DNA from: Anthoceros angustus
Lineage: Eukaryota > Plantae > Anthocerotophyta
Length of the DNA: 64,000 nt
NCBI GenBank assembly: GCA_010909165.1
Contig: MU008179.1
Span: forward strand, 1-64,000
Direction: 5' to 3'
Made by a program: the position numbers and the translations under genes. Shown here piece by piece: positions 36,691 to 47,703 of this stretch. The notes below the pieces were generated by a model, which saw nothing but the letters and a program-made list of their open reading frames with translations, was not told where the DNA came from and made no database searches. How positions within the stretch are numbered: the first letter of the stretch is position 1; each line of letters begins with the position of its first letter.

Positions 36691-38375
36691 TTATTTGTGA
36701 CCTCGGCATGAAGGGCTCCACAGTCTGCAGGTTCCAAGGGGTGGTTATGGATTGCCTTAACTCTAGTCATGATCACTGAGTCTCCCTCCGACATGCAGGG
36801 CCGCGTTGGAGGCAATTGAGCATTTCGGAATGTACAGTCATATTCCAGTTCCGGACTGGAGCCACAAGCTGCAAGAGTGACAACTGATCATGAAGGCATG
36901 TTAAGGGACATCCGTATATGAACCGGCATTGTCAGCAACGATGTTCTCACGTTCCTGAACTCAAGGACGAGGCCTGAAGTGGCTGGACTGGACTTGAAGG
37001 AGTGGGAAGGCACTCTTGGGAGGCTCTCTGTCCATGTAGGTCCATACATCCATACATACGCAGTATGCCAGTTTGCTTGGGAGAGCCTGGGAAAGCCGCT
37101 CACCAGTAGAAATGCCAGTTTGCGTGGGAAAGCCTGGGAATGAGCTCGTCCGTCCCGAGGCCAGTACATGGAGGGGGTGGGACGGGACGGTAATGCGCGA
37201 GCTGGCTTGGTGTAAAAAAACCACCTCGGTGGCTCTCCGGGCACGAACTGGAATCTCGTGCACATGCTGAGGGAAAGCCTACCGCGTTACGCTGAGGGTT
37301 TGGAGTCTCCGTGGCATTTAGTGGTGATGCCGTCCCAGAGCCGTGCCGTTGAAGATGCCGTTCCCGTTGGTGCCTCTTCTCAAGCCCGTCCCGTTCCACT
37401 CGTGCCCGTCCCCGCCCGTCAACGGCACGGCAGTGTCTGAAAGAGTCGGATAATCATGCAGTAGGTTTGAAGGGCCCCAGTGTCTTGGTCCGGTCAGGCG
37501 GAGCCCCCCTCCAATCACATCCACCTCGGCGCAGTGCCGGCAAACTGCGTCGTCGGCCTTATCGCTGCCCGTCGTTGCCGGTTGCCGGTTGCCCCAACCC
37601 CAGCCACAGCCGCCTGGAAACACTGGAGAGGTGAGATATTTTCCCCGCAGAGGCGCAGGAGTCCAGCACATCCCCGGGTTAACTTAACCGGCTTATCAGT
37701 ATCTCGTGAAGAGAATTAGGGTTTAAACTTACTGTTAGAGCGGGAGAGTTCGAGGGTCCAACTAGGTCAAAAGCTATGGCAAAACGGAAGAGCCGTAACC
37801 TAAATGTGATGTGACGCTTATTGTGGTTTTTTACCGCGGGATGAATTTCGTACCCGCTCTCTCACCTCTCCCGTTTCTCCTCAATGTTCTCTCTCGTCCT
37901 TGTCTCCTCCTTCCCTGTCCCCCGCCCTCGCATCAAGCTCTGCCACTGGCCAGCTAGTCCCTCACCCACAGCTCTCTCGAGATCAGCGGCGAACTGCTTA
38001 CAGCGGACTGCTCCAAGCGTCCACAGCCTGCTCCAAGCTTGCTCCTCACCACCCGGCATCCCTCGGCAAGCTCAGCGCTGCAGCGGTAACCAATTCGACT
38101 ACCTGAAGCTCCTGACTAGTCGTAGCCTGCTGTGTCGAGGTATAACAAGCAGCAGACTACTCCTGGCTTGTTCCAGAGCCTGCTTCAGGCTTCCTCCCCA
38201 CTCTCTGTGGTAGCACAGCTTTCCGGATCTGTTCGTGAACGCTTTGGAGGGCTGTCAGGTACTTCTCTCCTCGCCCCTTAGCTCGTGAGTATGGTTATCC
38301 AGAGGAGGAGGCTTGCGATTGCAATTGCTAACAGTACTGTTGGGCTGCCTGCAGCTCCCGATATCTATACGGAAG

Positions 38376-41300
38376 ATGGCTCGCGCCAGCCCGTCGCGAT
38401 CGCCAATGACCGGCGCCTTGAGACTCCCTGCAGAGGTGACGCCTCCTTTGGTTGAAACTGGTCCTGTGGCGGACGCATCACCCCGGCTCCACGTCGCTGT
38501 GGACCTGAATCTGAGCCCTGACGCAAACGATCGCCGCATTGCGGCTTGGGAGGCTACACGGGAACCTGGAGCGGCCATGATGCGCGCCCGACCTCCGGGC
38601 CTGCCGCAGATGAGGAGGCAAAGGATATTTCTCCAAGGTGCGCCTGACACAAACGAAGCTCGGGGCAAGGTCGTGCTCGCTATTCGCAGCCCTGGTCTCC
38701 CCGGCTCCGGCCCCTGGGCCTGTGCGTGAGCCTCGGCCCCTGGCTGTGCGTATGCCTCTCTGTCAGCCTCTGCCACTCCCTCTACCTCTGCCTCTGCCTC
38801 TGCCCCTGCCTCTGCCTCGGCCTCTGCCACCGCCTCTGCTTGTGCGTATGCCTCTGCCTCTGCCTCGGCCTCTGCTACCGCCTCTGCTTGTGCGTATGCC
38901 TCTGCCTTGGCCTCTGACACCGCCTCTGCTTGTGGGTATGCCTCTGCCTCGGCCACTGCCACCGCCTCTGCTGCCTCAGCCTCTGCTGCCTCAGCCTCTG
39001 CCACCGCCTCTGCTTGTGCGTATGCCTCTGCCTCTGCCACCGCCTCTGCTTGTGCATGCGCCTCTGGCTGTGCCCAGGCCTGGGCCTGTGCCTCCCCTAC
39101 CCCTCGCTCTGCTCCCTCCGCTTGTGTTTCTTGCACCCAATGGCAGACATCTGCGGGGGCCAGCAGCACGTCCCCCTGCGCTTCCCCTCGTTCCACTCCT
39201 TCCACCGCCATACCTTCCTGCCGTGCCCGTTCCACCCACATTTCAGTCGAGGCACGTACCGCGGGCTCACCTGACGGCGGATCCCCCGTCTCCAGCTGCT
39301 GCTCCAGGTAAAGCCTGCTATGTCTGCTACGTTCGCATCCTGCGCAGTTCGAATTTTAGGCGATTTTGGATTTGCGTTGCACTTGAAAGCCATTCTGATG
39401 ATTGTTTGCTGATCGTTTGCTCAACCTGCGCGCAGTGAGGAGAAGCAGTTCCCGTGGACTTGTTCTCGGCGGAACCAATTCCGGGCGTCCTGCAACAAGT
39501 GGTCCAAAGCCCCGTGAAGGAGGATCACCAGCAGACCCCGGCCGCAAGCGGAAGCGCTAGCGTACGGGCAATGCCATTGGGAAGGTTTGTGGACTCACTG
39601 GGTAATTTGGTGATTAGCAGCACACGTCTTGGCTGCAGATCTGCGCAAGCTTAGCTCTAGCTTCGAACTCTACAGCCCGTCGTGAAATGGCTAACTTCAT
39701 GACCATGCATCTTCACTGCAGCTTGCTCTTCAAGACTGCTGTAAAATAAAATAAAGCTTGCCTCGACGGCTCAATTTTTAGCCTGACTCACTTGCTCAGT
39801 CCTCTCTGTGCACACCGTGATTGATGCTTGATTGAATGCTTGCAGGCGGGGGCTAACGATAACAAGGACGACGCTATGTCCCCGTCACCTCCCTCTATGC
39901 TCTCCTGTGAAGCTGACAGTGGGGGAATATTGGGTCCAATTAGGTGGGGCAATTATCAGGCGCGATCATGCTCCCGAGCACGAAGAAAAGTCACAGGGGG
40001 AACAGTAACCGGGTCAGATGCCACAGTATCGGCAGGAAGATTAGTCAGAGTAACAGATGCCACAGTAGTGTCGGCAGAAGCCACAGTAACTGAGTCCGGA
40101 TCCTCAGCTGGGGAATCAGCCCATGAGATCAATTGACTTAATCGAGACACCGGTACGTGACCCTCCAGACTTGCGCCTTGATATGCATCGTTAAGCTTCT
40201 TGCACGTCTGCCTCCGTGCCTGCTTGACGAAACCTTTGTAGTTGCAATGTTCTTATGCTCGTCATCAATGTCTGCAGGCTTCAATTAAGCTCGTCTACAG
40301 CTTGGCCTAACCGAGGGGAACAAGAACTAAGGTCGACTGCCTCGAATGTAAGTCTATCCTTGTCTCTTCTCAAGCTTGGGAACCTCTGTACTTAGGTGCA
40401 TGCAGGCTGATACCTGTGGACGAGCTTGGAGACTGACGCTGTGACAGTCTTTGCTGTATGGCAGTCTTTGCTGTTTGTCATTGTAAGCTGGACAGTCTGA
40501 TCCACATCGACACTGTGACAGTGTTTGCTGTTTGTCATTGTATGCTGGACAGTCTGATCCACATCTGAGGCTGTGACAGTCTTTGCTGGGACAGAACAGA
40601 ACCTACTCGTTTTCTCGAGGTTCACGATGGCCAGGTTTCAGAGTTCGTTTTTTTGGTGTTTAAGTTTCTTCAAATTCGACAGAGGACACTGGTCAGTATA
40701 GTTATGTATGCAAATTGATATGCGTGTACTCGTGCTTTTCAGGCTCGCTGTCCTCTACTTCGGCGATACGTGTGCCTCCAGGTAATAATGGGAGTCCTCG
40801 ACCTCAACTCGCCGCGTACTAGGAATAGAGTGCCAAAACACGCAGCGCCGAACCGATTGCACAAGAAGAGTGAAAATTAAGGAGAAGCCAAGTGTCAAAA
40901 AGGAGAACTACAAAAGTAATTATCGGACTGAATCCCAGGGTCTGGTCATATCTAGGGTGCCCTAAGTAATATTAATTAACGACATTGTTCAGATGTGCCC
41001 TAATTACAATATCCTCTACATGGAGTACAAGGCCCATGGAACATGCTCCGAGCTAGCTTGTTCAACAGCTTGCCGGGGACTACAGGGACTACACTAGCAG
41101 TGCTGGAGACCTCTTCCTTATGTGTAGAACTTAGGTTGACATATCTACTTGTCATTATAATATCGGAGCATATGACGTTGTCTCTATAGAGGTTAGAAGA
41201 GCTAATATAATTACCAATAATTACATCAGTAAGTATGATATTGATTCCATTTTGAATGGATTAGTATTAAACTGCAATGGTAAGTCTTGGATACTAATAG

Positions 41301-41465
41301 CTTTAAAATGTAAGCTATTTTGAAGATCCATGTGGAGGAAAATCACTCAAAAAACAATTGTAATGGGATCATCAAAATATTCAGAATTACACCATCAAGA
41401 ACATGCATATGGGCAAGCATTGGAACAAGTCAATATCCTTGAGAGGACCGTGAACAGTCAATATT
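38376..41465 (+). pseudogene. AP2-domain gene copy B (GCCTCT expansion, in-frame stop, AP2-R1 lost)
   Basis: MARASPS..DLNLSPDANDRRIAAWEA; repeat expansion at 38760-39060; TGA at 40134-40136. Only the AP2-R2 'RAYDVVSIEV' exon (~41168-41280) and the next exon remain. Confidence 0.85.
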
Positions 41466-41872
41466 GGTGACCTGATAGTTGAACTCTTTTTTTCATAATA
41501 TTGTATAACTTGATATTTATGGAAACATATTTATGTCTTTAATTATAATTTATATGTCTTTTAAAACCCTATTTATATATTTATATATTATTTATCTATT
41601 TATTTATCATCTATAATTTCTCCATTTTGTTTCTTAGAATGTGGGCAACTTCATCTTTCTGAACACAACTCTCTTGCTGAGCCTACTCATAGATTCATTC
41701 TGCAAGCTGATAATGATAATTGTGGAAACCAACTCTTCCTTGAGGTTGGGATGCGGGGCTTCAAGAGTCGCTCCTAGAGAAGCACTATGGGCAGGCGCAT
41801 CTTGGCCTTCTTCGAGATTCCTCCATTCCCAAGTCTACCCGTGCTCGACTTCGCTCTTGCTCGGCAAAGGGA

Positions 41873-41963
41873 GCAGGGTCCCGGCTTCTAGCTCGTCTCA
41901 GTATCCAGGCGAGCTAGAAGCCGGGACCCTGCCGGGATACTGAGACGAGCTAGAAGCCGGGAC
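41873..41963. repeat. Nested perfect inverted repeats
   Basis: 41873-41895 pairs with 41910-41932 (23 bp). 41878-41906 pairs with 41935-41963 (29 bp). Confidence 0.9.
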
Positions 41964-42399
41964 TCCTCTAGGCCTGTGGTAAGGCTTACCACGATTGGAG
42001 GAATGGGGTTGGTCTCCCCCTTTCTTGTATTGTGTCTTTCTTCAGGCAATGGGTGTCCATCACCATGCAAAGGGTGTTGGTGAACGCGGTGTACAGGACG
42101 GCGACTAGCGTAGGGGAGGCGACTTCTTCGGCGGCGGTTGTAGGTAGGCTCTTTCTTATCCCCGATCACAAGATTCTTAGGGCAGTAGGTAGTTTTGAGG
42201 AAAGCGATCGCGGAAGTTACTTCCCCTTGGCCTGTTGCCCTTTGTTGGGCTAACCCCCTTTTTTCCGGTGTACATGGTGTTTTTTCCATCTCTTTTCTTT
42301 CTACATAAAGTCTCCTTTCCTGAAACCAACTCTCATAAGCTAGGTGGTGGTATTAACTCAATTTCTTATACATATGAAAGGCGCAAGTTAAGTACTCAT

Positions 42400-42665
42400 T
42401 GTAAGTGATGTTTCCAATGTATACATTAATCTTGAGAAGAAGTTTCTATGGGTAAAGATGTGAGCCATATATATATGCAAGAGGGTAGCAATGCCACAGT
42501 TCTACATACTATTATATTTGAGGTGATTTTCTACGTAAAAGGCTTCAAATATGCAAATTTGCTGCAGACCAATGTTAATTGGCAAGAATCTAGAGGAGGT
42601 GATGGCCCTGATCAAGTATTTGCAAATGGTTTACTACACTATCTAAGTGAGGAGAAAATTTGGGT
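42400..42665 (+). pseudogene. Degenerate U2AF65 fragment (RRM1 exon, intron, RRM2 exon)
   Basis: 'aatgtatacattaatcttgagaag', 'gaggtgattttctacgtaaaaggcttcaaatat' and GGDGPDQVFANGLLHYLSEEKI match 19500-19650 and 19880-19950. Confidence 0.8.
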
Positions 42666-42739
42666 GTTTGTTTGAAGGCATGATTTATTGTTTTAAAAAA
42701 CAAATGAGGCAACCTCTCGAATAAGCTAATTGGAGTAAT

Positions 42740-43060
42740 CAACTTTATCGAGATATCAAACGTAACGGGAGCCTCCAGACTTACGCATTGATATGCATCT
42801 CAATTTTCATGGTACAAATCTAATTAAGACTTTTTGGAGTTCTTCAATGGATCGATGCATAGCGTAATCTTGTTATTGATACCATAATGGACTTGTATGC
42901 ATGTTTGTTATTGATGCCATAATGGACTTGTATGCATGTGCGCATTGTTAGCTTTTTTGCATTCTCTGCTTTTGTTCATGCTTGACAAAACTCTTGTAGA
43001 TCCAATGTTATTATGCTCATCAATAATGTCTGCAGGCTCCAAGCTCGTCTACATCTAGGC
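42740..43060 (+). pseudogene. Extra fragment of the AP2 gene (exon 3 end, intron 3, exon 4 start)
   Basis: 'ttatcgaga..ctccagacttacgcattgatatgcatc' and 'tgtctgcaggctccaagctcgtctaca' match 40140-40300 and 49270-49296. Confidence 0.75.
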
Positions 43061-43430
43061 TTAGCATGGGTGAATCATCAATTCATATCCTTAGTCAATG
43101 CTAATTTGGATATGAATACTGTCATAGAGCTTCGGTGATGTAGTGATATATACTTCCAAGTCTTGTGAAAAATAATAAGTAAATCAATTATTTTATTAAT
43201 ATTTAAGATATAAATAGAATTTTCAACTCTTTTAATTTCATATGAACTTTTACATGTTCAAGAAGTAACTCAGAATACATAATATACACAATTTTCTAGC
43301 AACAAAAGTATAATAAAGAATCTATATTATATTATAGTAAAATACATAAACAGATAAGATTGTGGAAGTATGGTTCCCCATCCCAGCATTGATCCACCTA
43401 CGTTATATGCGGAGTTTTGATATCATTTGA

Positions 43431-43616
43431 TGTAACAATCAAACAAACAATTTATTTTAAGTCCACTAAGGACGGACATGCCACCATGGGACTTGGTACT
43501 CCGGGCAACTTGCTCCATGGAGTAAACTAGGCTACTACCACTAGAGGCATTCCTCTCTAGGTATCCCATCCGGGTCCTGCTTTTAGTGTAGAGCGCTTAA
43601 CTATGACGTTCTTACA
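43431..43616 (-). mobile_element. 5S rRNA-box-containing short LTR-like element (Cassandra-like solo LTR)
   Basis: 186 bp bounded by TGTAA...TTACA. Minus strand 'agaacgtcatagttaagcgc...ggatgggatacctagagaggaa' resembles the 5S box A (AGTTAAGCG) and box C (GGATGGG) region. No clean TSD. Confidence 0.6.
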
Positions 43617-44350
43617 TTATTTGTGTCCATTTTGGCCTAAGCCATTTGGTGTATGTGCACCCCAAATTTCGGGGGCCCTTCTATGATGTTCTTGTTTGCT
43701 TGGGAGAACATTCCTTGGATGTTGGGACGCTCACTTCAGTGCTTTGCGGGGGTATATGCGCGAGACTAGTCGTAATCGCTAACACGATAAATAGAAAGAT
43801 GAAATGGAAAAAAAAAAGGAAAAAGCATCTTGGCAATTGGAACACGCGTGACCTAGGTTAGAGGACAAGTTAAGCTCTCAATCACCCTCTTACAAGGGTT
43901 TCGGGGTTGCTTTGAGAGAGACGAAGGAAGGCGAGAGCTGAGCTGGTACCTGGTGGGCGAGGCAGCAAGGACACAACTTCTTGGCGAGGGGAGGAGAGGG
44001 GAGGTCGAGCGCAAGGGGGGCCGGGCCCGGGGGCTGCTACTGCGTTATCTGCGTCACTGCATTCCGCTTCCAACAGCTACCGTAGGTAATTAGAGTATCT
44101 TGGTGTTTGCAAGCGCCTTGTTCGCTACCGAGCTTCTTCCGCGCCTTCAGATTTGGCCTGGTTGCGATGTGTTGCAAATTCCTCCAACTTTGCTGAGCGA
44201 TGGCGCTTCGATCCTGCCTTTTTATGGTGTGAGTTCCAAGGATGTTGTGCACGCTGTGCAGCGTCTGTCTTAGTGTCTTAGCTGTGTTTGCGCTCGTGAG
44301 ATCGAGTGCTTGGTAATTTGCGTGCTTGTTTCTCAGGCTAGCTAATAGCC

Positions 44351-44791
44351 ATGCCAAGGAGGAAAGATGGACAAAGACCACGCCACTATCTTCCTCCTGT
44401 GGAGCCAGAGTCTTTTACAGTGCGTCGAGTGCGTCGTCTGGTGCCAGTGGAAAGGGAAACGGCAGAAACGTCAGGTTTCAGGTTTTGGATTCTGGAGCAG
44501 CTGATTCTGTTGGCCCACGGGCATCCTGTTGCACCCCAGCTGGCTCCTGCTCCTGCTCCGGGTCCAGGTCCCAGTCCGGACGCCCCGCCCACGACGGCTT
44601 CTGATCGCGTTCCGGATCCGGCCAGCGGATCCGGTTCACCGTTTCTCCCCGGATCGACCTTGGTATCAGTGTTCCGCCCAAATGACGCACCTCGTTGGTC
44701 CGGCAACCAACGACCTCGTCCGACTTGGTTGGCAGGGGCAGCCAGATCCACCCAGTCACAGGGAGGTTCTAAGCAGCCTCGCGGACCATAA
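44351..44791 (+). CDS. Orphan protein copy C (146 aa)
   Basis: Open ORF with the conserved acceptor and ATG context. C-terminal DAPPTT..ASGSG..STLVSVFRPNDAP..STQS is shared with copy A. Confidence 0.55.
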   Translation: MPRRKDGQRPRHYLPPVEPESFTVRRVRRLVPVERETAETSGFRFWILEQLILLAHGHPVAPQLAPAPAPGPGPSPDAPPTTASDRVPDPASGSGSPFLPGSTLVSVFRPNDAPRWSGNQRPRPTWLAGAARSTQSQGGSKQPRGP

Positions 44792-47703
44792 GGGAGCTTT
44801 GGAGGTACGTACATAGAGCAAATTGAGCTTGTTTCCATGGCTGGCCTGACTGAGCTTGTTTCCATTGCTGGCCTTAGTGAGCTTGTTTCCATCCATGGCT
44901 GGGCTGAGTGAGCTTGTTTCCATGGCGTGGTGTGTGTGCTGCTACACGTTTTCAAGAAAACATGTCTGATCCCTGCTTTGGAACGTTCTGTTTTCAGGAG
45001 TTTGCGTTGATCCATGGTGGCTGCTTGTTTGTGGCCTCGGCAGTCTGCAGGCTCCAGGAGATAGTTCTGGATTGCCTTAACTCTAATCATGATCACTGAG
45101 TCTTTCCTACCCTCGCGCATGCGCCAGGCCCGCGTTAGGGACAATTGAGCATTGCGGAATGCACATTAATCCCTGTTCTGGGCTGGAGCCACAAGGTGCA
45201 AGAGTGACAACTGATCATGAAGGCATGTGAAGGGACATGAAGTCCTGTTAATTAGATGAAGGTGCAACTGGTTGGGTTGTGGAGTGTTGCTTTTTGTTGA
45301 TGGATTATACACACAATGTCATGTGCCTGAAGTGATGTCAAGCTGTAAGGGCAGGATTTGGGCGTTTCTCTGGTGACGAACAAAGCTCTCCAAACACGTG
45401 TTCTGCAGAATCGCATAAACTGCCCCCCATGCCCCTGTGCCTGAAGCGCTGAAGTGCTACGCCCGCGTGTTAACTTGCGGTATTAAGCGCAGTTATTGGC
45501 TAATAGTCCAGTTCTTTATTAGTGCTAATCGAAGGCATAACTCGCACCAGCAATGCGTAGCCCTCCTCTACCCCACACTGCCAGCTCTGACCTAGCCGAG
45601 CCTGCTGCCCGATAGATTCCAGACAGGTATAAGCAAGCGCCTGAGATCGGGGGTCACACGTTCTGGTAAACCGGTGTCCGAGCATGAGAGGCACGGTGGG
45701 TTATCAGCACCTCGGCAGGAAGTCCGGACCTACGGAGAGGACAGGCTACATTACCATTGCAAGTTGCGACTTGCAAGTGCTGGCCGCTGCTCAAGTCCGG
45801 CAGGGCCCCAGGGCAGGGTAAGTCAGCTTTGGTCCAGGGTCATGCATGCAACTCCAACTGCCCAGGGCGATTCTCCAGGGCCAGGCCTCTTGGACAGAGT
45901 ATGTATGTATGTACATACATACATACTGCCTCCTGGCCGCCCTTCAAGCTCATCCTTTCCTCAAACCCCAGACTTGAGCGGTGGCCGTGCGCCACATATT
46001 GAGGGTAGTGAATGCGGCTGTCCGTGCTGGGCCCTGCCAGAGCCAGAGGCGGAGGGTGTGTCAGGCCTCTTATTAAAGTGGTGTACAGCACTGAACAGCG
46101 CGGGTCTCTGTTAACAGCCACTTGGCTTCTCATTTTAAATCAAGCAGCTCTGAGATGTGACTGCTCCTGCTCCCGTTCCCGCTCAAGTGCGTGATTGATT
46201 TGTCTTCTATGCGCGAGCGCGGACCTGGGAATCAACCTCTCTTTCTGCGCAGCATCGCTTGATTCCTTCCGGAACCCATCCACCAACTGCAAACCTTGGA
46301 ACCACATCCGGATGTGAACTCGCATTGCCAGCAGCTTTGATTGCAAGGACGAGGCCTGAAATGGCTGGAATTCTAAACTCAAAGGAGTGTGGGAACGCAA
46401 CCTTGGAAGGCTCCCTGTCCACGCCTACTAGATATGCCAGTTTGCATAGGAGAGCCAGGGAAAGCCGCTCACCGGTTGCAGCTGTGCTCATCTGTCCCGA
46501 GGCCAGGACAGGGCCGGGACGGGACGGGACGGGACGGACGGTAATGCGCGAGCTGGGTTGGTGTAATAAGAAAGAAAAACCTCAGCGGCTCGCTGGGCAT
46601 GAACTGGACTCTTGTGCACATGCTGAGCGGAAGCCTGCTGCATCACGCTGGGGGCTCAGAATATGCGTGGCATCAGTGGGGATGCCGTCCCTGTGCCGTG
46701 CACGCCGTTGAAGATGGTCTCTCCTGTTAGTGCCTGTTCCCTAGCCCGTCCTCGCCTGTCCCCGCCCGTCCCGTTCCGGTCTTGCCGGTCCATGCCCGTC
46801 AACGCCTCGGTAGTGTCTGGCAGTCGGACACTCATGCGGTAGGTTTAGGGGCCCCAGTGTCTCGGTCCGGACAGGCCGGGTCCCTCCTCAACCGCGTCCA
46901 CCCCACATTAGGGCGCAGTACCGGAAAGTGGAGTGGGGTGAGAATCTCCCCGCAGAGGCAGAGGACACCCCGGGTTAACTTAACCTGCTGATTACTATCC
47001 CGTCACGAGAATTAGGGTTTGAACTTACGGCGCGGGAGAGCACGAGGGTCAAACTAGGTCAAAAGCAAAACCAATGGATCAGCGGCAACACTAAGTGTGA
47101 TGTGAGGCTTGTCGCGGCGTTTTACCGCGGGATTAATTTCTTATCTCTCTCTCCCCTCTCTCCTCTCTCTTTGCGCCTCCCTCCCCGTTGTCTCCTCCTC
47201 CTCTGTCCCCCCTTCCCCCCGTTTTCTGAAGGAGGTCACTCAGCCAGAGTTCCCCCGAGGCCAGCGGCCTTGAGCTCCTGCATAGCATTACTGCACCGAA
47301 CTGCTCCAAGCGTCCACAGCCTGCTCCAAGCTTTCTTACCACCCGGCATTCCTCGGCCAGCCCTGGTCTGCAGCGGTAAGCAATTCGACTACCCAACTGA
47401 TCAAACCAGCTTAAGGTCCTGAAGTCCTGCTCGTTGCCTCCTTCTGTGTCGAGCTATAGCAAGCAGTTGCCAACTTACTCCCTTCGCTCCAAAGCTTGAT
47501 TCTGGTTTCTTCCACTCCTCGTGTTAGCGCTACACCATTGCGGATCGATTCTCGTTCGCTTGGGAGCGCCAGGTAACCTCCGCATTCCTTTCCCCCTTCT
47601 GCTGGATGATCGTGGGTATATTTATCAGGAGGAGGAGGTTTGCGATAGAATTCGCTAACAGCACTGTTGGGATGACTGCAGCTCCGGATATCTTGACGGG
47701 AAG

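Larger units (their letters stand above)
33840..41470 (+). repeat. Cassette copy B
   Basis: Same element order as copies A and C, with an internal deletion in the middle block near 36900. Confidence 0.9.

Noticed and set aside
38255-39241. 328-aa Ala/Glu-rich minus-strand ORF
   Set aside because: It is the antisense reading of the GCCTCT expansion in AP2 copy B exon 1.
43321-43340. Helitron 5' end (A|TCTATA) as the carrier of the cassette
   Set aside because: No matching 3' hairpin plus CTRR was identified, and the motif is common in AT-rich DNA.
43540-43616. Functional 5S rRNA gene
   Set aside because: Only the internal box region resembles 5S. The terminal helix sequences are missing.
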